DNA of 64,000 nucleotides from Syntrophaceae bacterium UBA4767 (GCA_002403385.1 DHHR01000067.1:7937-71936), one strand, 5' to 3'. Shown: positions 30,967 to 40,161, numbered from the stretch's first letter. Notes: generated by a model not told the origin, from the letters alone. Made by a program: numbers and translations.

Positions 30967-32667
30967 CTACGCGACAATATTGCTGTCGCCTAAAGACATT
31001 TCCGTAAGCGGATCCCCTGATTTGACCATGGGGTAAACACATTCTTCCGGTTCAACTTCGAAATCCATCATGACGGGACCCCGCGTATGGAGACCTTTTT
31101 TGAGGACGGTTTCTACTTCATCAGGCGCAGATGCCCGGAATCCCGTGGCGCCGTAAGCTTCCGCCAGTTTAACGAAATCCGGCGCATGGCTCATATCCGT
31201 ATGCGAATAGCGCTTGTCGAAGAATAATTCCTGCCATTGCCGCACCATGCCCAAAAAGTTGTTGTTCAGGATAACCACCTTTACGGGGATGTTATACTGA
31301 ACCGCCGTGGCCAATTCCTGAATGTTCATCTGGATGCTTCCGTCTCCGGCAATATCCACGACAAGTTTGCCCGGGCAGGCCACTTGTGCGCCGATGGCTG
31401 CCGGCAAGCCGAATCCCATTGTCCCTAGTCCACCGGAGGATATGAAGGTGTTGGGGCGATCAAAACGGTAGAACTGGGCCGTCCACATCTGGTTCTGGCC
31501 GACTTCTGTTGTAATGATGGCTTCGCCATTGGTAATCTTCCATAATGTCTCGATGACGCATTGGGGCTTGATCTTTTTGCTCCGGCAGTAAGCCAGGGGA
31601 AACTTCTCTTTCCACTGACGGATCTGCTGGCGCCAGCTTTTTATCTGTTCAGCCGGAAGGGAAAGGCGTCCGCTCGTGATTTCCTTGTTAAACCACTGTA
31701 AAGCCGGCTTGCAATCTCCCACGATAGACAAATGGGATTTTACAATCTTATCAATCGAGGCGGGATCAATATCAATGTGAATAATTTGGGCATGGGGAGC
31801 AAAGGCTTCGACGTTTGAGGTTACCCTGTCGTCAAACCGGACACCCACCGCAATCAGAAGATCGCTGTAACTTACTGCCATATTGGCGTAGTACGTTCCA
31901 TGCATTCCCAGCATGCCAAGCCACAGGGGGTCTGATGCCGGAAATGTGCCCAGCCCCATCAACGTGGATGTCACGGGGATATTCAGCACTCTTGCAAAGG
32001 ATCTGAGTTCTTCCGAGGCCCTGCCGAGCAGGACGCCGCCGCCGCTGATGATAACGGGTTTCTGTGCTTTCTTGAGAAGATCGAGAGCCTTCGCGCATCT
32101 TTTGGCATTGGGAATCACAGGTTTGTCAGGAAGGCTGATGGAATATTTTAGCTCTGCTTCATCAATACGCGTCTGGATGACGTCTTTAGGGAGGTCAACC
32201 AGCACGGGGCCTGGGCGTCCGGAGCGGGCGATGCGAAAGGCTTCTTTAATGGTTGTGGCCACATCTTCAATACGTCTGACCAAAAAATTATGCTTTGTGC
32301 ACGGTCGGGTAATGCCGGTAATATCCACTTCCTGAAAAGCATCGTTGCCGATAAGCCATGTTTGCACCTGCCCGGTAAAAACGACGAGGGGAATGGAGTC
32401 CATATAGGCATTGGCAAGGCCGGTGACGGTATTGGTGGCGCCGGGTCCGGAAGTGACCAGGCAAACGCCCACTTTGCCGGAAACCCTGGCGTAACCATCA
32501 GCGGCGTGAACGGCTCCCTGTTCATGCCGGACGAGAATATGTTTTATGTTCTGTCGGAACAATTCGTCATATATATCCATGACACTACCGCCAGGGTAAC
32601 CAAAAATGGTATCTACATTTTCTTCCTTTAGAATTTTAAAAAGGATCTGTGATCCTGTTAGTTGCAC
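30967..32667 (-). CDS. ilvB: acetolactate synthase large subunit
   Basis: 566 aa with a GTG start and GGAGGG 9 nt upstream. ThDP motif GLGTMGFGLPAAIGA...GDGSIQMNIQEL. Confidence 0.96.
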   Translation of the reverse strand: MQLTGSQILFKILKEENVDTIFGYPGGSVMDIYDELFRQNIKHILVRHEQGAVHAADGYARVSGKVGVCLVTSGPGATNTVTGLANAYMDSIPLVVFTGQVQTWLIGNDAFQEVDITGITRPCTKHNFLVRRIEDVATTIKEAFRIARSGRPGPVLVDLPKDVIQTRIDEAELKYSISLPDKPVIPNAKRCAKALDLLKKAQKPVIISGGGVLLGRASEELRSFARVLNIPVTSTLMGLGTFPASDPLWLGMLGMHGTYYANMAVSYSDLLIAVGVRFDDRVTSNVEAFAPHAQIIHIDIDPASIDKIVKSHLSIVGDCKPALQWFNKEITSGRLSLPAEQIKSWRQQIRQWKEKFPLAYCRSKKIKPQCVIETLWKITNGEAIITTEVGQNQMWTAQFYRFDRPNTFISSGGLGTMGFGLPAAIGAQVACPGKLVVDIAGDGSIQMNIQELATAVQYNIPVKVVILNNNFLGMVRQWQELFFDKRYSHTDMSHAPDFVKLAEAYGATGFRASAPDEVETVLKKGLHTRGPVMMDFEVEPEECVYPMVKSGDPLTEMSLGDSNIVA

Positions 32668-32702
32668 GCGCTTGTTCCCTCCATCTAATCCGTATTTTTC
32701 CG

Positions 32703-32739
32703 AAAAAAAACCGTTACCAGGAGCCGGTAACGGTTTTTT
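32703..32739 (-). terminator. intrinsic terminator (attenuator) in the ilvB leader
   Basis: On the minus strand, CCGTTACCGG / CTGGTAACGG forms a stem of about 10 bp followed by a run of 8 T. It lies 35 nt upstream of the ilvB start and 30 nt downstream of the leader ORF stop. Confidence 0.7.
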
Positions 32740-32765
32740 GTTTCTGATATGTTAAACGCAAACCA

Positions 32766-32843
32766 TCAGCCAGCCTCCCTATACGGGGGGATAATTATCG
32801 CTATCTCGATCAAGTAGCCAGCCCTGTCGCGCATGTGCATCAT
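32766..32843 (-). CDS. candidate ilv leader peptide MMHMRDRAGYLIEIAIIIPPYREAG (25 aa)
   Basis: My own translation of the minus strand. Five Ile and one Leu fall within 8 consecutive residues. The IIIPP block is identical to one in E. coli IlvL as I recall it. Positioned just upstream of the terminator. Confidence 0.5.
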   Translation of the reverse strand: MMHMRDRAGYLIEIAIIIPPYREAG

Positions 32844-32879
32844 AAAAACCTCTACTAACCTTAACCTAGAGGCTTTTTA
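32844..32879. terminator. A5-hairpin-T5 bidirectional terminator-like hairpin upstream of the leader ORF
   Basis: CCTCTA (32849-32854) pairs with TAGAGG (32867-32872), with a 12-nt loop, A-run on one side and T-run on the other. Role unclear because it overlaps the candidate ilv promoter. Confidence 0.3.
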
Positions 32880-32902
32880 CCAGCTATTACCTGTTTTGTC
32901 AA
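32874..32902 (-). promoter_or_regulatory. candidate ilv operon promoter (extended -10)
   Basis: On the minus strand: TTGACA (32902-32897), 17-nt spacer ending in TGG, then TAAAAA (32879-32874). Confidence 0.25.
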
Positions 32903-33066
32903 GGATAGTTTTACTTCCGTGTAAAGAAAACATTGGTTCATTTTATCCGTAGATCATATCCTGCTTTTTCGCATGGCAATGCGAACCGCTCCACTTCATT
33001 CCCCAAGGGTGTTGGCAGAAATAGGTTGGTGAACTTGTTGGACTATGCGCTTATAATGAAAATCTG

Positions 33067-33095
33067 TTGACAGAACAAAATGGAGGGGATATAAA
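33067..33095 (+). promoter_or_regulatory. near-consensus sigma70 promoter of tRNA-Gln
   Basis: TTGACA (33067-33072), 17-nt spacer, TATAAA (33090-33095), 20 nt upstream of the tRNA 5' end. Confidence 0.6.
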
Positions 33096-33114
33096 ACCTC
33101 CGTTCATTTATTAC

Positions 33115-33188
33115 TGGGAGATCGTTCAACGGCAGGACAACGGACTCTGACTCCGTGAATCGTGGTTCGAATCCACGTCTCCCAGCCA
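33115..33188 (+). tRNA. tRNA-Gln (anticodon CUG)
   Basis: Hand-folded cloverleaf. Acceptor stem TGGGAGA/TCTCCCA, D stem GTTC/GGAC, anticodon stem ACGGA/TCCGT with loop CT-CTG-AC, T arm CGTGG-TTCGAAT-CCACG, discriminator G and an encoded CCA. Confidence 0.9.
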
Positions 33189-33195
33189 ACAGATC

Positions 33196-33225
33196 AAGCT
33201 CCCGGCAGAGGGAGCTTTTTGGTTT
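33196..33225 (+). terminator. intrinsic terminator after tRNA-Gln
   Basis: AGCTCCC-ggcaga-GGGAGCT hairpin followed by TTTTT. Confidence 0.7.
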
Positions 33226-33261
33226 GTCCATATCTTCTGCTACAGTATATAATTCGCGCCG

Positions 33262-34179
33262 CTATGGTTGAGCAGCTCCTTCCGGGTTGGGCGCCGGCGC
33301 AAAGTAGGTGTTTTTTATCCGGTAGAAATTTCTCATGAGAAAAAAAAGCGGTCTCCTGAAGGGGTATTTGTTTTTAGGAAAGAATGTAAGCTTATTGAGC
33401 TTTTCCCATCCTTCGAGCATGTTATTTGCGTCCCATGCAACCGTGTTTTTGTTCTGAGTGAAGTTCCACGTGTTGAATTTATTTGCGAGTTCTTCACTGC
33501 GAAAGACAGCCTCGAAGCGCAATGGCCCCGGCAGAATTAATGGTTTCATGCTGAAGGCTTCACGAACCGCTGTTTCGGCTACCTCCTGCAACCTTTTTCT
33601 GCCGTTTAAGATGTACTGAACACTTTCCTCCCCCGAGGCATAGGCTTCCTTACGTTTGTCCACGATCACGAATTTTGCCCACGGCAGACACTGCAGGGCC
33701 TGCCTGACGGCGATATCCTCCCCGGAGACAAATCCCACCGGCACGCCGCATTCACCGAGGCAGGCGCCATAGATATCCATTTCGCAGGCGAGCTTTCCAT
33801 TTATCCTTATTTCAGAGAAGATTCCATAATGGGTGTGTGGGAAGAAAGCATCCGGCGTTCCCGAGGCGGCATGGATGGCAACATATAAAACCAAATCGTA
33901 CTGCGAAATATTTCCGAATAATGTCGGCCTGATGTAATGCCCGCCGATATAACGCGCCCTGCGGTCCAACTGGTTGATAATACAGTTAAAACCGACGTCA
34001 TGGGTGTCTTTTACCGTCACCTTCTGCGCCCCGCCGTTGAAGGCTCCCTGAATAACGCAGTTGACGTCTTTGGTCAAACATTGCCTGCCGTATTGCCACT
34101 CTGCGGTCCCCGTACGGCATTGGCGCATACGCCAGATGCCGAAACTTCCTTCAATATCAGCAAAAATTCCTACGTGCAT
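33262..34179 (-). CDS. M55 family metallopeptidase (DppA D-aminopeptidase-like)
   Basis: FADIEGSFGI, VKDTHD and YVAIHAASGTP blocks parallel the B. subtilis DppA blocks as I recall them. Start set at ATG 34179 (AGGAG 5 nt upstream), not the ORF-track start at 34257. Confidence 0.75.
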   Translation of the reverse strand: MHVGIFADIEGSFGIWRMRQCRTGTAEWQYGRQCLTKDVNCVIQGAFNGGAQKVTVKDTHDVGFNCIINQLDRRARYIGGHYIRPTLFGNISQYDLVLYVAIHAASGTPDAFFPHTHYGIFSEIRINGKLACEMDIYGACLGECGVPVGFVSGEDIAVRQALQCLPWAKFVIVDKRKEAYASGEESVQYILNGRKRLQEVAETAVREAFSMKPLILPGPLRFEAVFRSEELANKFNTWNFTQNKNTVAWDANNMLEGWEKLNKLTFFPKNKYPFRRPLFFLMRNFYRIKNTYFAPAPNPEGAAQP

Positions 34180-34265
34180 TTCTCTCCTTAATTGTCCTTC
34201 AAAATCAAATTGACGCGCAGTTTGTAGCCAATGAGGCATATTATGGTTAATGCTCAACCAAGGAT

Positions 34266-35360
34266 TTACTTGTCTTTGAAAGGGTCAGCGCCATAATGTT
34301 TTATTTCCTCCTCTTTCCGCATAACCCGTAGGCCGCCGTCGGCAAGAGCCGACATTTCATCTTCTCCGGCAAAAACAAAGACGGGAGAGAGAAATTGGAC
34401 CCACTCCTTGATCCATTCCGTCAACATCTCAGAATTGGCGAGCCCTCCGGTGAGGATGACGCCGTCTATCTGCCCCTTAAGAACAACGCTCATGGCTCCA
34501 ATATCCTTGGCCGCCTGGTAAGCCATAGCTTTGAAGATTAATTTGGCCTTCTCATCTCCCGCACGGATCATGCCTTCAATTTTTTTCACGTCTGTCGTGC
34601 CCAAATAGGCAAAGAGGCCGCCTTGCCCCACAAGTCGGTTCTGAATATTGTTTTTGTCAAACTTTTCCGAAAAGACAAGGTCAAGCAGATCGGTTGTCGG
34701 AAGAGCCCCCGCTCTTTCGGGCGTCAAAGGCCCCTCCCCAAGACCATGTGTGCAATCAATTACCTTGCCGTTTTGATGGGCGCCGATGGTAATGCCGCCG
34801 CCAAGGTGAGCAACGACGAGATTCATTTCCTCATATTTCTTTCCCCATTTCAATGCAAGGCGCCTTGCGGCTATCTTCTGGTTCAATGCATGAAAGGCGC
34901 TCTTGCGCTCTATTTCTGGAATGCCGGAAATCCTGGCAATGGGATGCAATTCATCTGTGCTCGGTGGATCGATGACGATAGCCGGCATGCCGCATCTCCT
35001 TGATATGTTCAAAGACACGACAGGTCCAAGCGCCGAAGGATGTTTTCCGTATCTTCCTTCCAGCAGGTCATGACACATTGCATCATCAATTCTGTAAGCT
35101 CCTGCCGGCGCCGGCTTTCCCAAGCCACCGCGGCTCACAATCATATCGATAGTTTTCAGGTCGATGCCGTTTGCCTTTAAAAAGGCAAAGAGGTCCTTTT
35201 CCCTAAGGGGCAATTGCGCGCGCAAAGAAGGATAAGGGGCAAGGGCCTCGCTGCTGTATCGTATCGTATCCAGAATGGACGGCTTTCCTCCCGTGAACAA
35301 ACCGACCTTCGTCGATGTCGAACCGACATTGATCACAAGCAGGCGATAATTATTATCCAT
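34266..35360 (-). CDS. buk: butyrate (short-chain acyl) kinase
   Basis: 364 aa, ASKHA fold. Motifs LVINVGSTSTKVGLF and VAHLGGGITIGA. Length and motifs fit Buk rather than AckA. Confidence 0.88.
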   Translation of the reverse strand: MDNNYRLLVINVGSTSTKVGLFTGGKPSILDTIRYSSEALAPYPSLRAQLPLREKDLFAFLKANGIDLKTIDMIVSRGGLGKPAPAGAYRIDDAMCHDLLEGRYGKHPSALGPVVSLNISRRCGMPAIVIDPPSTDELHPIARISGIPEIERKSAFHALNQKIAARRLALKWGKKYEEMNLVVAHLGGGITIGAHQNGKVIDCTHGLGEGPLTPERAGALPTTDLLDLVFSEKFDKNNIQNRLVGQGGLFAYLGTTDVKKIEGMIRAGDEKAKLIFKAMAYQAAKDIGAMSVVLKGQIDGVILTGGLANSEMLTEWIKEWVQFLSPVFVFAGEDEMSALADGGLRVMRKEEEIKHYGADPFKDK

Positions 35361-36270
35361 GTTTCATTCCCCTTGCGGATATCAAGGTTGCGATGGCAAT
35401 TTCAACTAAGCGATTTTCATCGGAGATAAAAGGCGGATTCAGCGCCACCGGTTTTGTGGTTCCCATAAGGATGCCCGCAGTTTTCATCTTGCCCCAAAAA
35501 ACAAGAGCCTCAATAAGCGAATAGCCTGTTTCTATGCAGGGAACAAGAAAGATATCTGCGTTGCCGGTCACGACGCTCATGATTCCCTTTCTTTTCGCTG
35601 CGACGCAGCTTACGGCACAGTCCATATCGAGCGGCCCTTCGACGATAGCCTTTCCGAATTGTTTTCTGTCCGCCATCTTGGCAAGGACAGCCGCATCAAC
35701 CGTTGATGGAATGCTTGGATTCACCTGTTCAATGGCAGCAAGAACCGCGACTTTGGGTTCTTTAATCCCAAGTATGTCGGCCAGACCGAGGGCGTGTTCA
35801 AGAATCAGTTGTTTTTCGACAATCCCCGGAGAGTTATTCACCAAAGTATCGGTCACGATAATTAACTTATTGCGTTTCTGCAATTGAACAACGGAGGGAT
35901 AACTTGCCACCTTGTCTTTCAGCAGACCTGTTTTGACATTTAGCGCTGCCTGTATGAAGGTTTTCTGATCTTCCCCTCCTTGCATCAGGATATCCGCTCG
36001 ATCTTCCCTGGCAAGCCTTATCGCCGCCCGAAGCGCCTCACCAGCGCCCCTTGCATTTATGATCTCGTGCTCCATGGATGCCAGGGGACTCTTTTTCAGT
36101 GTGGCTCTAATTGCCTTGCCGTCACCGACCAACAGGGGAATAACGGGCATTTTTGTAGCTGCCTTACAGAGAAGTTCTATCTCTTGCTTGTTTGGTGACG
36201 GAACCGCCAGACGTTTTTTTCCCTCATCCTTTCTCGCCCTTTTAGCAATTCCCGTGAATGTGCCGATCAT
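35353..36270 (-). CDS. ptb: phosphate acyltransferase of the PTA/PTB family (phosphate butyryltransferase-like)
   Basis: 305 aa, about the length of stand-alone phosphate butyryltransferases; family call by overall resemblance. Its stop overlaps the buk start by 8 nt. Confidence 0.8.
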   Translation of the reverse strand: MIGTFTGIAKRARKDEGKKRLAVPSPNKQEIELLCKAATKMPVIPLLVGDGKAIRATLKKSPLASMEHEIINARGAGEALRAAIRLAREDRADILMQGGEDQKTFIQAALNVKTGLLKDKVASYPSVVQLQKRNKLIIVTDTLVNNSPGIVEKQLILEHALGLADILGIKEPKVAVLAAIEQVNPSIPSTVDAAVLAKMADRKQFGKAIVEGPLDMDCAVSCVAAKRKGIMSVVTGNADIFLVPCIETGYSLIEALVFWGKMKTAGILMGTTKPVALNPPFISDENRLVEIAIATLISARGMKHG

Positions 36271-36271
36271 C

Positions 36272-37201
36272 TCAACTCACCGATTTTCCTATTCTGTCGG
36301 CCACAACAACTCCCATGGCAATTTGCGTTATAATAGCATCGCGAAGATCCGATCGCGCGGGGATGCATACTGCTCCCCTGGAAGTCACGGTAAGAGAACA
36401 ACGCTTTACCCCAAGCAGCAGGTCGAGTTTGCAGAGAATGTTTCCCGTGTCAAGGCAGGGAACGAGGAAGATATGGGGTGTTTTCATGAGATCGATTTCA
36501 CTGTAATTGTTTAAATGCCCCCCCATACCCATGAAGATTTCGGAGAGAGACGTGGAATCGATGATTTCGCACTCTCCCATATCGCCAGAAGCAGCAACCT
36601 GTTTGAGCGATTCATAATCATGATAAGAAGACAATGTTTCACTGAACTCCCGTTGGGCGGAGAGTACGGCTATTTGCGGTTTTTTATACCCAAACAGATG
36701 GTACAGAAAGACGGCATTCTTGAGGATTTCCACCTTTGTCTTGAAATCCGGATTAATAGTGACACCCGTGTCTGTGATGGCAACCAAGTGATCGACTTCG
36801 GGCATTTCCCAGAGCGATATGACGCTTACTTTCATGCCGGAGCCCGCTTTCGCTTCGGCCCTAATTGTCGAGCGGTAGATGTAGGATGTGGGTATCTGAC
36901 CTTTGCTTACAATGGACAGCTTTCCCGAAAAGAGCAGGTTGATCCCAAGATCGGAGATGGTTTGCCGGTCGTTTTCGACAATCTTTTCAAATCCACTGAT
37001 GTCGAATTTAATGTTTTTTGCTAGCCGTTCCATCTTTTTTGTATTCCCGATGAGGATCGGTTCGATATACCCCATCTCACAGCTTCTTTTTACGGCAAGC
37101 ATGAACTCTTCATCTTCCGGAGCAAGGACGGCAAGTTTCTTCGGCCCACATTTCTGCGCCAGCTTGGCAATGTCTCTTAACGATCGAACCATTGATTCCA
37201 C
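36272..37201 (-). CDS. second, divergent PTA/PTB-family paralog
   Basis: 309 aa with the same architecture as the downstream ptb, but clearly divergent in sequence. One nucleotide separates the two genes. Confidence 0.7.
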   Translation of the reverse strand: MESMVRSLRDIAKLAQKCGPKKLAVLAPEDEEFMLAVKRSCEMGYIEPILIGNTKKMERLAKNIKFDISGFEKIVENDRQTISDLGINLLFSGKLSIVSKGQIPTSYIYRSTIRAEAKAGSGMKVSVISLWEMPEVDHLVAITDTGVTINPDFKTKVEILKNAVFLYHLFGYKKPQIAVLSAQREFSETLSSYHDYESLKQVAASGDMGECEIIDSTSLSEIFMGMGGHLNNYSEIDLMKTPHIFLVPCLDTGNILCKLDLLLGVKRCSLTVTSRGAVCIPARSDLRDAIITQIAMGVVVADRIGKSVS

Positions 37202-37226
37202 CTTTCGACTACTTTTGCGGATCGGG

Positions 37227-38750
37227 TCAAATCCGGAAAAAATTCAGGCCACCTTTTAAGCGCACCTTGCCTTTTTTACCGATAAACTCTCGTTTTGTCA
37301 TCTCATCGATTGCATCCTTATCCGGTTCGGCTTTTGCCAAAAAGCGGTGGCCGTTGGGGAGTCTTCCGATGATTGTCGCATCTACAGGACGGCCTTCTCT
37401 GTCGTGGAAAATGCTGTAGGTTTCAATCTCTGCATCCCCGGAGGCATCCGACAGAAGTTGCGGCCCTTTTATCTCATCCAGATCCTTCCGGTAGACGTCA
37501 GGAGCGGGGATGTTGTGAGGAGTTTGCCGCCATCTTCCAGAATATATGCCCACAGAGTGCTTGCTGATAAACCAGCTTAGAGCCTGGACCAAACCAATCT
37601 TGTCCTTCTCGCGCCGGAGCAGCTCGACCATTTTGCAGATTGCATGCAGAGCATAATTGTTGCCAGGTCCGCCGAAATAGGGCATGCCTCCTGTGACAGA
37701 GAGAGGCCGCCGGTTGTCGTGTATGCCCAGCATGTCGCGCACCATGCGCGGCGCGCAGGGAAAACAGCTATACAGGTCAAGGTAGTCAATTTTATCGATG
37801 GTTATTCCCGCTTGGTCCAGAGCCATCGCTGCCGCAATCTTGACCGAAGGCGACGAAAAACAATTCACCCGTTCAGATACATGCCAGATATCCATAGCGT
37901 CTCCCGATCCCACAAGATAGACCCATTTTTCTGCGGGAACGCCCAATTCTGACGCGGTCCGCTCACTCGTCAGAAAAAGAGCCGCACCCTGATCCACCTG
38001 CATGATCGAGCACATAAATTTTGTATAGGGGAAGGATACCATTGGATTAGAGCTTGATACGTTGATAATTTCCTCCATCGTTTTTTTATCCCTGAACCAT
38101 GAAAATGGGTTCTCGGCGGCTATGGCGGACAGTCCGGCGCAGAACTCGCCTAATTCCGCGGCGTGGTTTTCGATGGAAAGATTTTTGTGATGCCGAAAGG
38201 CATTTTCGAAGAGGGGATATACGTTGATGGGAAGCGTGAGTCCATATTTCACTTCCAGAGCAGAGGACGGGTCACGGAGTTCCCCTGCCATCCATGGCTT
38301 TTTAGGAGGCAAATCCCACTGCTGAAATATTTTTCGCTTGAGTTTCGCTTCGATTTTTGCAGAGTGAAACGCTTCTCCACCGCAAATCAGGGCAATGCCT
38401 GTCTTCCCTTCAAAAATATTCTTGGCGGCCTGGTTGACAAACCATTGGGGGGCGGTTGCCCCGATCCATGTGTAGGCTTTTTGCCTCGGTGCAATGCCAA
38501 TCCTTGACGATATTTCTGAAAGAGGGTCAGAGTAATGACTCGACATGATATTCACCAGATAAAGCGTGTCCACCTTTTCTGTCAGCTTTTTTGTGCATGA
38601 ATCATCTTGCGCCGCACGAACGGCCGCTTCAATCATGTCCAGGGGGTTTTTGATGTCCACAGGATCGTAAGATCTGTTGACGCTCTGCCCTATGCCAATG
38701 ATCACAGGGCGCTGATGGGAAGAGAAAATAGGCATTTGGTTTTTCCTCAT
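37227..38750 (-). CDS. thiolase-like protein, TLP1/SCP-x-thiolase-related, with an extra C-terminal beta-rich domain
   Basis: Thiolase-fold blocks are present (GGEAF, LYSCFPCAP, GGMPYFGGPGNNYALHAI). The position of the nucleophilic Cys reads IGATAPQ, with no Cys. The start is uncertain: 38750 or 38735 (AGGA upstream). The ORF-track start at 38846 would overlap marR. Confidence 0.7.
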   Translation of the reverse strand: MRKNQMPIFSSHQRPVIIGIGQSVNRSYDPVDIKNPLDMIEAAVRAAQDDSCTKKLTEKVDTLYLVNIMSSHYSDPLSEISSRIGIAPRQKAYTWIGATAPQWFVNQAAKNIFEGKTGIALICGGEAFHSAKIEAKLKRKIFQQWDLPPKKPWMAGELRDPSSALEVKYGLTLPINVYPLFENAFRHHKNLSIENHAAELGEFCAGLSAIAAENPFSWFRDKKTMEEIINVSSSNPMVSFPYTKFMCSIMQVDQGAALFLTSERTASELGVPAEKWVYLVGSGDAMDIWHVSERVNCFSSPSVKIAAAMALDQAGITIDKIDYLDLYSCFPCAPRMVRDMLGIHDNRRPLSVTGGMPYFGGPGNNYALHAICKMVELLRREKDKIGLVQALSWFISKHSVGIYSGRWRQTPHNIPAPDVYRKDLDEIKGPQLLSDASGDAEIETYSIFHDREGRPVDATIIGRLPNGHRFLAKAEPDKDAIDEMTKREFIGKKGKVRLKGGLNFFRI

Positions 38751-38800
38751 GTTGCAATGTTTTTTAATGAAGGTTCTCTGTTTGGGAAAGATGATTTGTC

Positions 38801-39217
38801 TTACGGCAACTCCAGCCGACTCAAATATTCTTGAAATCGCTTCCATTCATCGGGGGCGAAGCGGTTTACAAAATGGCTATTTGTTTGCTCAAACAAGCTT
38901 AAAAAATCCCCTTTATTATTTATGGCTTTAGCAGATGGAAAAATTCGATACATGCGACGATCCCTAGGTTCCGTATGCCGTTCAACCCAGCCATCCCTCT
39001 CGAGTCTATCAAGCAGACCCGTGGCAGTGGGACGATCCAGTTCAGTTTTGTCGGCCAGTTGGCTTGGCAGAAGACCTTCTTCTTCTAAAATTGCGCACAG
39101 CATGAAAAACTGCCCATGTGTCAGCCCGTATTTTGTTATGCCTTCCCGATATCTTCGTCTGATTTTTTGTGAAGCTCGATTAAGCTGAAAACAAACGCAT
39201 CGTTCCAATTCGCTCAT
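38801..39217 (-). CDS. MarR family transcriptional regulator
   Basis: 138 aa with winged-HTH region LTHGQFFMLCAILEEEGLLPSQLADKTELDRPTATGLLDRLERDGWVER. Confidence 0.9.
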   Translation of the reverse strand: MSELERCVCFQLNRASQKIRRRYREGITKYGLTHGQFFMLCAILEEEGLLPSQLADKTELDRPTATGLLDRLERDGWVERHTEPRDRRMYRIFPSAKAINNKGDFLSLFEQTNSHFVNRFAPDEWKRFQEYLSRLELP

Positions 39218-39231
39218 CTATTCATCCTTTT

Positions 39232-40161
39232 CTATCTTTTGCGTATAAGTCCATCTTCTTGCCGTATTACCTTGCCTTCCTGCTCGAGCTTAATCAGGTG
39301 GCTCTCCAGCAATTGGGGGCCAGGGAATAATTGGACAGTAGGTTTAGGGTAAAGTTTGCCGCATAGATCCATGAAGCTTAGAGGACGATCGCCTAGAGTC
39401 TGCAATATGAGCGATTCGAGTTGAAGAATGTGCGCCTTGGTGCGTTCAATCGCCTCACGCGCCATTACGATATTTTCACCATGAGAAGGTAAAATAATGC
39501 GGGCATTTAACTTTGCAAGCCGCTCCAGGCCATTAAGATAACCGATGGCTCCCCCGGAAGACGGCGAATACCATGCCACTACCTTTCCCACCACATCTCC
39601 GGTAAATAATACTCCGCTGTCGGGGTCAAAAAGAGAAACATGGCCGGGGGCATGGCCAGGTGTGTGAATTACATGGAAACGGAATTTACCCATGCACAGG
39701 GTGTCTCCATCCGTCATGGCGTTGGTAGCGTGCGAGGAAGACATAGGACATAGCCCGGCAAAATAATCCAAGACATTGATGTTTTCTAAAGAGGGGTTAC
39801 TTTCAGATGATCCGCGTCTTTTGGCGAGGTTGTAGTCAAAAGTCTGGTTCAGGAGCTGGGGGTCGGCAGCCAGAGGGATTTCAAAGTCATGCAGGTATAT
39901 GCGCGGGGATATCTCTTGCAACAAAAAACCCATCGCCCCCATGTGGTCTGGGTGGGCATGGGAAATCACAATGGTATGGACATCACGAAGGCTAAGACCT
40001 TCATTATTCAAAAAATTTTTCAAGGTGTTGAATTTTTCTTCTTTTCCGCAACCGACGTCAATGAGGATGGCTCCATCTCGATCACGGACAAGGAATACAT
40101 TTGCAGAAGCAGGCCACATGTGACTTTCTTCTCTCATTACTTTTATTTCACCAGATATCAC
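39232..40161 (-). CDS. MBL-fold metallo-hydrolase
   Basis: 309 aa with a GTG start and GGAGG upstream. Motifs ISHAHPDHMG and TPGHAPGH. Carries a C-terminal extension of about 70 aa. Confidence 0.85.
   Translation of the reverse strand: MISGEIKVMREESHMWPASANVFLVRDRDGAILIDVGCGKEEKFNTLKNFLNNEGLSLRDVHTIVISHAHPDHMGAMGFLLQEISPRIYLHDFEIPLAADPQLLNQTFDYNLAKRRGSSESNPSLENINVLDYFAGLCPMSSSHATNAMTDGDTLCMGKFRFHVIHTPGHAPGHVSLFDPDSGVLFTGDVVGKVVAWYSPSSGGAIGYLNGLERLAKLNARIILPSHGENIVMAREAIERTKAHILQLESLILQTLGDRPLSFMDLCGKLYPKPTVQLFPGPQLLESHLIKLEQEGKVIRQEDGLIRKR

Noticed and set aside
33043-33231. 62-aa minus-strand ORF
   Set aside because: It lies across the tRNA-Gln gene and its promoter and terminator. The tRNA fold explains the sequence.
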